The translations under genes were made by a program, and so were the position numbers. 13,909 nucleotides of DNA. Origin: Octopus sinensis (taxonomy: Eukaryota). The stretch covers positions 1 to 13,909 of the forward strand of contig NW_021826101.1 of NCBI RefSeq assembly GCF_006345805.1. Reading direction: 5' to 3'. Shown here piece by piece: positions 1 to 7,910 of the stretch; the stretch's first letter is position 1; each line of letters opens with the position of its first letter. The notes beneath the pieces are model-generated. The model had not been told where the DNA came from. It did no database searches and was given only the letters and a program-made list of their open reading frames with translations.

Positions 1-215
1 TTCGACCAAAGATTGGTCCAGGCCATGTCTAACTTAATAGCACCCCTGATAGGATTATCCGAATCCTGTTTTACGTCAAGTTTTGTTTATGGTCCATTCA
101 AGTAGTGAGTCTTGTTGGGTGAGTTGTATCCAATTATGGGTGGCTTATAGGTATTCTTTGAAGGAATCTATCCACACTCTGTTTAAAGTTGATGGGATCC
201 TTTTCCTCTTTGATC
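1..215 (-). mobile_element. 5'-truncated CR1/L2-group LINE 3' end (ORF2 C-terminus plus 3' UTR), running off the window edge
   Basis: Minus strand, allowing two 1-nt deletions, reads IKEEKDPINFKQSVDRFLQRIP(D)KPPIIGYNSPNK(N)SLLEWTINKT* with the stop at 78-76. This matches the recalled CR1-type ORF2 C-terminal motif FK..LD.FL..IPD.P...GY....NSL. The 3' UTR ends GGTGCT..CATGGCC-TG-GACCA ATCTT TGGTC-GAA (stem-loop). The 5' end stops at a (TA)n tract. Confidence 0.8.
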
Positions 216-233
216 ATATATATATATATATAT
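216..233. repeat. (TA)n microsatellite at the LINE 5' truncation point
   Basis: Read directly from the sequence. Confidence 0.95.
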
Positions 234-1663
234 TATTTATATGTTTGCTTTCTAGCAATCGTTCTTATATTCCCTTATTTTCCTTGTCTGTGGATTTGTT
301 TCTTTACAAATCGTTTCCAGTGATGCCTCATGCACCAAGGTTGCTTTAAATCATATACAAATAATAAAAATACTTTCCATTGTAGTTAACCCTATTCACG
401 TTCACTCTCTCTTTTCAATTTCGCTTCATCTATTCATCTCTCATTTCTGAAACACTTTTAACCTCTTTACAGAATTGTTTCACGGTTGTTATCTTTTTCT
501 GCTTCCACATTCTCCCCCCCCCCCACCTGCCTCTCTCTGGTTTTGTATCATTTGTCTTGATTATTGTTAAACATGTCATAACAAATGACGACACCCTTCG
601 ACAATGATGTCCCATTTCTTTCTCCTTATTCATCCATCATATTCGGCAAGGTTAGCTTCTCCCCTCTGTCATTATTAGCCTTATGTTGTACATAGTCTTT
701 CGTCACATTTTCCATTCAGTGCATACCAATGTATGGTTCAAATTACCATTCTGACATACACGTGACGGTCTCTATAATATCATTCTGTAATATTCCAAGA
801 TTATATACATCTATAGGCATCTTCATCTTGCAAAAGACAATTTTAGTTTTGGGCTAAGACGAAAATTATTCTTGGAAACGTGAAATGAAAATCATTACTA
901 CTCAATGACTAAAGACGAGGATAACTGAACATAAGGAAGAAAGATAAAGAGGAGGGTGTGTACGTGAGAAAGAGGAAAGCGGGGGATCTTAAAATGAACT
1001 GTTTTCTAGATAATAGAGTTTCGTTAACATATCCTCCCAGTTACATTCAGTCTTCAAAAACTTAACTCACACAAGATTAATCCATTCACGCACAGATACA
1101 TTCATTACTGATTAACAGTGGGAGAATGGATACAATTTTCATAGCTATAATACCAGGTTATCTTGCTGACTGCTAAATCCAGCACCATTTACTAGGTACA
1201 GAAAAAACAAAACAATACGAGACCAAGGATTCTCAACATTCATGAGAGTCGCTTACCTACCTCTCAATTAACTAATCTGTGAGGAATACATCTTGAAATA
1301 AAACTGAATATATGTATATTGATCTTATTGCATATGTTTACTGATCTTATTTCTATGAATAAATTTATTCAGAACAACCCCGAAACAGTACTATTGATCC
1401 ATGATGTAGATCAGTTTACGTCAGTAATAATTTGTTTACGATTTTTAATAAAAGATATGCTCTTCGTAAAAAGTTTCACTCTGAAGTAAGTGACATTGAA
1501 GACGCTCAAGAAAGACGAAACTTTTGTCGATATATTCGTCAGCCTCAGCTGGCACAGTTCCTTTGATTTATTTACAGTTAGAATAGATATGAGTTTAATA
1601 AAAGTATTATATATGATTACCGTATACATATTTAGTTGGAAATAATAATGTGCTGGCAATTTT

Positions 1664-1701
1664 GTTACATACATATGTATGTATGTATGTATGTATGTAA
1701 C
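1664..1701. repeat. (CATA)/(TATG) microsatellite with a polarity switch and 12-bp inverted ends
   Basis: GTTACATACATA at 1664-1675 is the exact reverse complement of TATGTATGTAAC at 1690-1701. Confidence 0.9.
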
Positions 1702-1756
1702 ATAAATCTCTCCCTCTATCTATCTATCTATCTTTTTTTAAACCTTCAAAAGAAAA

Positions 1757-1814
1757 GCTCTACCTTGTAATTTGTTCTATCTGTGTGCAGCCCTGTGTGG
1801 CTAATAAAGAAACA
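1757..1814 (+). mobile_element. Isolated 3' tail fragment of SINE family B (same family as 10800-11029)
   Basis: CCTTGTAATTTGTTCTATCTGTGTGCAGCCCTGTGTGGCTAATAAAGAAACA aligns by eye to the minus-strand tail of 10800-11029, CCTTGTTGTCCCCTCTATGTTTAGCCCCTTGTGGGCAGTAAAGAAATA. Confidence 0.55.
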
Positions 1815-1816
<2 letters not shown>

Positions 1817-1854
<38 letters not shown>

Positions 1855-1927
1855 CATCCATCCATCCATCCATCCATCCATCCATCCATCCATCCACCCA
1901 CCCACCCATCCATCCATCCATCCATCC

Positions 1928-1990
<63 letters not shown>
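1817..1990. repeat. Compound tetranucleotide array (TCTA)9(TCCA)11(CCCA)3(TCCA)5(TCTA)15
   Basis: Units counted directly. It explains the YLSI/HPSI ORFs at 1783-2081. Confidence 0.98.
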
Positions 1991-2027
1991 CGTGTATGTG
2001 TGTTCATATATATATATATATATATAC

Positions 2028-2230
2028 ATAGGGAGAATTCACAAAAAACAAACAAACAAAAGACGAAGTCAGGTGGCGTAGACAACAAACAAATGTATTA
2101 GTATAACGCTCGGGTGGTGAAAAAGTCTTTAACGTTTCGAGCCTACGCTCTTCCACAGAAAGGAACACAGAAAGAGACAAGGAGAGAAAATAATGAATGT
2201 GTAGTGGCTAGCGATCTATCATGGCTAATG

Positions 2231-2231
<1 letters not shown>
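2028..2231 (-). mobile_element. Penelope-like element pLTR / non-autonomous derivative, copy 1
   Basis: About 200 bp homologous to 8785-8970 (shared blocks GACAACAA, TTTCGAGCCTACGCTC, CAGAAAGGAA, TAGCGATC). It carries a hammerhead-like motif and sits between (TA)n and (CA)n. The PLE assignment is inferred from the established PLE pLTR-hammerhead association. Confidence 0.7.
2127..2162 (-). ncRNA. Minimal type I hammerhead-ribozyme-like motif with variant core
   Basis: Minus strand: CUUU [stem I] CUGUGGAA [core; canonical CUGANGA] GAGC-GUAG-GCUC [stem II] GAAAC GU U [palindromic ACGU as stem III; GUU cleavage triplet] AAAG [stem I partner]. Confidence 0.55.

Positions 2232-2232
<1 letters not shown>

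Positions 2233-2264
<32 letters not shown>
2233..2264. repeat. (CA)n microsatellite
   Basis: Read directly from the sequence. Confidence 0.97.
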
Positions 2265-2267
<3 letters not shown>

Positions 2268-2759
2268 CTGGAAATAACGTCAGATGGGGTCGAGCAATAG
2301 ATTTATGTACGCGGCTATACATTTGTGTTGAAATAGTCTGAAATATGAAAAGTAAATGGAATGATAGCAAATATTTGTTTATTCCCCTTATCTTTACTTT
2401 CTGTAGTTTATAATTTTTATTTCCCTATCTTTTCTTGTTTCATTCCCATTTTAATTTTCACTTATAATTTTCTTCTTATAAGTTTTTACTATGTATATAT
2501 TATCAATTTAGCACTTAAAACCGACACGATTATTTAATAATTACATTTCAAGTTAACACTTTTCAACTGGGCTCTTAATTCCTGCTTCGAAATTCTCTAA
2601 ACATTTACAACATCTATAGGTCAACTATAATGTCGAATTTTTTCACAGCTCACGGGTCAACTTAATTATGAACAATTACAACGTGATTCATACCAAACAT
2701 ATACACATCATTACCTCATTACTTTTCCTATTTTTGTTGTTGCTATCGGTGGTAGAAAG

Positions 2760-3060
2760 GATCTGTTGTTGCGAATGTGTTTACACAGTTGATTTGGTTT
2801 TATTATTGCTGATGAAGTTCATTTGTTGTTGCAAGAATTATTTTTAGTCTTGCTTTATTATTATTATTATTATTTTTGTAATTGCTAGAATTTAAATTGC
2901 TCTTTTTGTTATTGTTCTCACTGTTATAGCTGTTGTTTTTGTTCCTATAATTGATGTTGCTTTTGTTGATATCGTTTTTACACATCTGTTGTTGCCGTTG
3001 TTAAACTATGAGCATCTTTGTTCATGTTATTGATGTCGTTGGTGTTTTCTTTTATATTTT
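2760..3060. repeat. Degenerate (TTG)n/(TTA)n low-complexity tract
   Basis: Recurrent TTGTTG and TTATTA units. It gives rise to the Asn-rich ORF at 2803-2985. Confidence 0.7.
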
Positions 3061-3242
3061 GTACTTTTTCTTCTTTTCCCACTTCTAAATAAATTTAGAT
3101 TTAAATGATTTAATGTAATCGTTGTTAAGTTAATTATTAATTTAATTGCTATTTAATTGAAAGGAGAAAATAATACACAGTTTTGCTTCCAGTCACAGCC
3201 GATGTGATATATAAGAGAAGCTAGACCTAATGCAGATATTAC

Positions 3243-3580
3243 GTATGTATGTATGTACGTAAGTACGTATGTATGTATGTATGTATGTATGTATGTATGT
3301 ATGTATGTATGTATGTATGTATGTATGTATGTATGTATGTATGTATGTATGTATGTTTGTAGGTATGGATGTTTGTGTGTATGTATGCGTTTATGTATTT
3401 ATGTATGTATATTTGTGCGTATGTATGTATTTATATATGTGTGTATTTATGTATGTATGTTTGTGTGTGTGTATATATGTATGTATGTTTGTATGCATGT
3501 ATGTGTATGTGTGCATGTATGTACATATGTATCTGTGCATGTATGTGTGTACGTTTATGTGTATGCTTATATGAACCATC
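3243..3580. repeat. (TATG)n array, perfect about 3267-3356 and then decayed TATG/TG
   Basis: Read directly. It explains the MYVC ORFs. Confidence 0.97.
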
Positions 3581-3727
3581 CTACATAGCAACAATAAATA
3601 CTTTTAAGTTGAATATAAATTGTATTATTACTGTCAAACTTCATCTGATAAACGCATACACCTATCAATACAATCGTATGTATATACGCATGTACGTACG
3701 TATGTATGTATGTATTATGGGTGGTTA

Positions 3728-3820
3728 AATTGATGGTTTGATGGATGGATGGATGTATAGATGAATGGATGGCTGGCTGGATGGGTGGACGTATTGATGG
3801 ATGGATGGATGGACAGACGG
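3728..3820. repeat. Degenerate (TGGA)n array
   Basis: Read directly from the sequence. Confidence 0.9.
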
Positions 3821-3844
3821 ATAGATTAACAATCCAAAACATTT

Positions 3845-4122
3845 CACGAACTATTGACAGAAAATAACTACAAAATATCTAATGGACAAACAAGGCAGGA
3901 AAACTCCTTCACGCTCAAAATGCAACCGTAAATGTAAGTTAGATCACTCTCCTAAGGAAAATAAAACAGAGTTACCAGACGCTGCCTTAAAATGTGATTG
4001 AAGTGCTACCACTCACAACCACATGGTATTGTTGTTTAAACAATATACTATGTCATCCTCAGAAAATACTGCCACAAAATCAATAGAAACAAAACTTCCC
4101 TATTATTAAATACATACCTAGA
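3845..4122 (+). mobile_element. R4/Dong-clade LINE internal fragment A (CCHC zinc-knuckle region), highly decayed
   Basis: From 3858: [35 protein letters not shown], then a -1 frameshift, then NRVTRRCLKM*LKCYHSQPHGIVV*TIYYVILRKYCHKI. This is colinear with fragment B (EKEIPPKYL..DNKCK..HHIIASCEKISSRYYLPMRYNTVVRTVWN) and with the recalled Dong consensus QEI.TKYL..KCRLC..HI...C.KMS.RYYLP.RHD.V. Confidence 0.65.
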
Positions 4123-4124
4123 AG

Positions 4125-4282
4125 CATACATACATACATACATACATACATACATACACATACACTCACATACATACATACATACATACATACATACATA
4201 CATACATGCATACATACATGCACACATACATACATACATACATACATACATACATACATACATACATACATACATACATACA

Positions 4283-4314
<32 letters not shown>

Positions 4315-4316
4315 CA
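4125..4316. repeat. (CATA)n array between the two Dong fragments
   Basis: Read directly; near-perfect with a few CATG/CACA variants. Confidence 0.98.
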
Positions 4317-4320
4317 ACTA

Positions 4321-5140
4321 CATGGGTACTTCGCATAAAAATCACGAAGCATAGAAGAGATTGATCATATCAAAAACTTAGCATGGAGCACTGACCAATT
4401 TATGACATCTCACTTTGTAATTTAAGAAAAAGAGATTCCCCCCAAGTACCTACAACATAAAAGGCAGAAAACGTTGACAGACAACAAATGTAAGACTGAA
4501 GGTATCCACCATATTATTGCTAGCTGTGAGAAAATTTCTTCTAGATATTATCTTCCCATGCGATATAATACAGTGGTCAGAACGGTCTGGAATGGGATAA
4601 CAAAAACACTTACAGACTATATTGGGACCGAGAGGGTCTAAAGAATATTGGCGGAACTAAAAAATCAAAACATCCACCGAGTTAAAACACAACCGGTCAG
4701 ATATTGCTGTGTGAGACCACAAAGAAGAAAAAATGTGTGTTGTTGTAGAAATTAGCAGCCCTCTGTACACCAATGTGGTTTGAAAAATACAAGAGACAGA
4801 GGACTTCTATGGATCATTAATAAGGAGTCTGCAAATTCAGTACCCAAAATACACTTCCAGCTTCATACTCGTTATTATTGGTGCAAGAAGATACAAACCA
4901 ACCCGTCTAGAGCAAAATGTAGCTGAACTTGGGTTCTTAGGGAAAGAATGCAAATTCTTAATTCATACGCTACAGAGGATTAATATAGCTGGGACTATAA
5001 AAGCTACAAGGACCTTAAAATTTAAACGATGATGAACCAGATAAGATGATTTCTTTCACAACCTTGTTACCAAATATGTGGCCGGTCAAAGTTTTATGTC
5101 TTTGTTAGAAACTAGTTCTTTCATTGTCAGAAGGATTTTT
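4321..5140 (+). mobile_element. 5'-truncated R4/Dong-clade non-LTR retrotransposon fragment B: post-RT region, CCHC knuckle, PD-(D/E)xK restriction-like endonuclease and 3' UTR (pseudogenised)
   Basis: Frame 1, 4321-4638: HGYFA*KSRSIEEIDHIKNLAWSTDQFMTSHFVI*EKEIPPKYLQHKRQKTLTDNKCKTEGIHHIIASCEKISSRYYLPMRYNTVVRTVWNGITK... Frame 2, 4640-5032: KEYWRN*KIKTSTELKHNRSDIAV*DHKEEKMCVVVEISSPLYTNVV*KIQETEDFYGSLIRSLQIQYPKYTSSFILVIIGARRY...LGF...AGTIKATRTLKFKR*. The RLE motifs HNRPD...VE(I/F)SCP...N and ..IIGA(L)G are recognisable. A ~105-nt 3' UTR ends at an ATACATACAT array. Confidence 0.9.
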
Positions 5141-5215
5141 ATACATACATACACACACACACACATACATACATATATATATATACATACGTACATACAT
5201 ACGTACGTACGTACA
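5141..5215. repeat. Compound (TACA)/(CA)/(TA)/(GTAC) array shared by the Dong and RTE 3' ends
   Basis: Read directly from the sequence. Confidence 0.95.
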
Positions 5216-5566
5216 TGGTGGTTGTCTACTCCTTATGCAGAGTTTGACCACATTCTGTACCTACACTTTAGCACCATCATAGCATCTGATGTGGCTTCTT
5301 AAACCAGACAATGTTCTGAAAAGACACCCACATACATTGAACCTCTGATTTGGACCACCAAGAACTGCAGATAAGTTCTGCACTTTGTGGATCTTAAAAT
5401 GCCTTTTGAGGCCTCCGTTGGATTTGAAACCTTCTGGCATACACTGTATTCAAAGGTGTGCACAGACATATAAGCAGACTAGTTGGTGGAGGTTCGTCTT
5501 CTATGCGTTCGCAGATGAGATTTAATGCAACCATAAGACAGGCATGGTTTGTCATGGTGTGTCACG
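5215..5566 (-). mobile_element. RTE-type LINE 3' end with three degenerate C2H2 zinc fingers, short 3' UTR and microsatellite tail
   Basis: Minus strand: YVTHHDKPCLSYGCIKSHLRTHRRRTSTN*SAYMSVHTFEYSVCQKV, a 1-nt shift, then KSNGGLKRHFKIHKVQNLSAVLGGPNQRFNVCGCLFRTLSGLRSHIRCYDGAKV* (stop at 5263-5261). A ~45-nt UTR ends GGAGTAGACAACCACCAT, followed by (GTAC)/(GTAT)n. The RTE assignment is inferred from the GL.(S/R)H.R.H finger type, the short UTR and the simple-repeat tail. Confidence 0.72.
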
Positions 5567-6479
5567 TACATACGTACATACATGCATATATAGATACAGA
5601 TAGTTCTATGTATGTATATGTGGGGGAAGAGAGAAATATCTATTGCAACTAAACATTTAAGATATCAGAGATTGTATTTATATCCATCTAATTAAAGAAA
5701 ACATTCGATAGCATCGCTGCACACTCAATTCGAAAGTAAATGAAGGGAGTGAATGAGTCTCGAATATACACTTCTGAAGAATATATGTGCGTGTGTGAGT
5801 GTGTGTTTGTGTGTATGTTCGCATGTGTGTGTGTTGGTATGTATATGTGTGCATGCTTTAGTGTATGTCAGAGGATTCAACGTTATTCATCAGAGCGCTA
5901 TTTTGAATGTGACTAAAATTAAACAGAAACAATGTTAACGAAAGGCAGCATAGATATGGTTCTAATTCCACACTGTTACAAGCTCACAGACATTAGAAGC
6001 AACTCTTCATAAAAAGACGAAGAGAATTACTCTTCATGAATCAAAGGGAATAACCCACATCCAGACTCTGCTTATACGAATGGGATTTGGTGGGAAAATG
6101 TCTGATACATAATTAAGCATTGACTGCTGAAGTAATATTCCTGGTTCCAAAAGCATAATATAGAATCCAGTTAAATTGCAATGTTGGCTGGTATTGGAGT
6201 AAGCACATGCCTTGTTGTTTCATTAGAGAACTTGTAGCATATAATGCAGCGTATTTAGTGTCATCCTATGAATTTTCATGTATTGGTTTAACGCAACATC
6301 TTACAGCAAAAGCAGGAAAAGTTAAATATGTGACAGTAGAGGGAGATAAAAAATAATCTTTACAATTTCTACCTTCAGAATAGCATCTAAATAATTAGTT
6401 CGGCCCATACTCCATCTAAATAGCCATTAATGAGGAGAGTGAAACATTGAATGTGTATGAAACAGCTCAATGCCTCGGG

Positions 6480-6600
6480 AACAAGAGAAGAGAGAAGGAA
6501 AGGGGAAAAGAGAAAGGAAGAAGCAAAACAAAGGAGAGAGGAGGAAAACGAAAGATGTAAGGAGTTGAGAAGGATTTAGGGCGAGGTGCAGAGAAGAATA
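6480..6600. repeat. Purine-rich (GA/GAA) low-complexity tract
   Basis: Read directly. It gives rise to the ORF at 6427-6690 (minus). Confidence 0.75.
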
Positions 6601-7088
6601 ACGGGATATAGGGACAGGAGATGATATAATGAAAATTCTGGGACATGTTAGGATATGAATGTCAAGCTGATATTCTATGAGTGGAGGCAACCGGTTGAAA
6701 TCTGGTTTACATCGGGAAGAACAAGTTTAAAAACTTGCTACTTGAATTTCTTAAGTGTGCAAACAAAAACAAAACAAAACCTTTTCATCTCCCACCGCCT
6801 CTCAATATTGCTTGCTAGAGTCAGCATCTTTATTCAGTGATCAGTGATATACAGCGCACATGATATATAATGCTTTTGCGGTTGTAGCCCAATTGATCTG
6901 ATAGTTTTCTGTATTTGCGTCCCTCATCTGCCAATTATATTGTGACAATGAGGCTGAATTTCGCTTATCCCTGTGTCTAAACGAATAGATGTGATGCCTT
7001 AAACAGTAAGTGTCTTAAGTCAGTAAGATTCATTGATACATTTATCGCTATAATATAGATCCGTTCAAGATAAAGTGATCGGGACAAT

Positions 7089-7475
7089 GTGCAGGCGTGG
7101 GTGTGGTAAGAATAGCCGCAAGCGTGGCTTTGTGATAGGAAGCTTGCTACCGGTTCCGGGTTCAGTCCCACTGTGTGGAATCTTGGGCAAGCGTCTTCTA
7201 CTATAGTCTCAGGCCGACCAAAGCTTTGTGAGTGGATTTGGTAGACGGAAACTGAAAGAAGCCTGTCGTATATGTATATTTATGTGTGTCTGTGTTCGTC
7301 TCTCGCTATCGCTTGCTAGTGTGATTATGTCCCCGTAACTTAGCGGTTCAGCAAAAGTTACCGATAGAATTAGTACTAGGCCTACAAAGAATAAGTACTG
7401 GGGGTGATTTGTTCGACTAAAATCCTGTAAGGCTCTAACATGACCGCAGTCAAATGACTGAAACAAATAAAAGAC
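7089..7475 (+). mobile_element. tRNA-derived SINE family A, diverged copy with a duplicated 5' head
   Basis: Colinear with the reverse complement of 12093-12508: B box GGTTCAGTCCC, AGCTTTGTGAGTGGATTTGGTAGACGGAAACTGAAAGAAGCC, an internal TA/TG tract, and the tail CATGACCGCAGTCAAATGACTGAAACAAATAAAAG. Confidence 0.9.
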
Positions 7476-7760
7476 AGAGAAAGAAAAAGAAAAAGAAAAA
7501 GAAAAAGACTATGTGTCCGTAATGTTCTGGTGGACCCAAAAAACTTCTAAAGAGCTGAACCGAATAAGATTTTAACTAGAAAGTATCACAAAGAAGAGCT
7601 GATATATCTTAATCTAGAAACAAGGATTTTCCAGCTGAGGAAAGAAACTCTAAAACACCGAACCATGAACTTATATACTCGATAAAGGTAAAATACATAT
7701 ATTTGCTTCGTTCATTCCATTCTCTTTAACTTCATATTTACACTTTTGTCATAGCTATAT

Positions 7761-7910
7761 TTTTACCTCCGACTTGTTGGTGGAGGTATTGTTTTCAGTC
7801 GTGTTTGTTTTTCCGTGGATGGTTTTAGATGAAACTTTCAGGGATGTTTGTCTTCGTGACTGGCACGAACTGATTAGATTTTAGGATCAAATCCGGTACC
7901 GAACAAGGAT
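7761..7910 (+). mobile_element. Probable Helentron-associated non-autonomous element (HINE/DINE-1-like), truncated
   Basis: Starts with a T-run, then the subterminal inverted repeat TACCTCC (7764-7770) / GGAGGTA (7782-7788), then GTTTTCAGTCGTGTTTGTTT...GATGAAACTTTCAGGGATG...GATTAGATTTTAGGATC.ATCCGG. This layout is recalled from metazoan HINEs. No 3' hairpin was found. Confidence 0.5.

Noticed and set aside
2275-2345. Weak similarity to SINE B (TGGGGTCGAGCAATAGATTTAT); likewise 11583-11625 and a tRNA-like remnant near 1200-1275
   Set aside because: The matches are too short and degenerate to support by eye.
3253-4352. MYVC/YIHT-repeat ORFs (also YLSI/HPSI at 1783-2081 and 13583-13827, and VCVC at 12728-13041)
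   Set aside because: They are artefacts of stop-free tetra- and dinucleotide microsatellites.
5365-5560. Plus-strand reading resembling an RT domain (FVDLK..F...W, IRQAWFVM)
   Set aside because: It needs several ad hoc shifts. The minus strand gives a more coherent three-finger C-terminus, stop codon, UTR and tail.
5600-5750. Possible continuation of Dong fragment A (W..ISIATKH.R)
   Set aside because: The match requires multiple gaps and no downstream RLE motifs follow.
5940-6270. Minus-strand hydrophobic reading suggestive of a GPCR/opsin TM3-EL2 (CNLTGF, ELEPYLCC), or an RT DDTK motif
   Set aside because: The motifs lie in different frames with many stops and wrong spacing, and AT-rich DNA readily gives hydrophobic translations.
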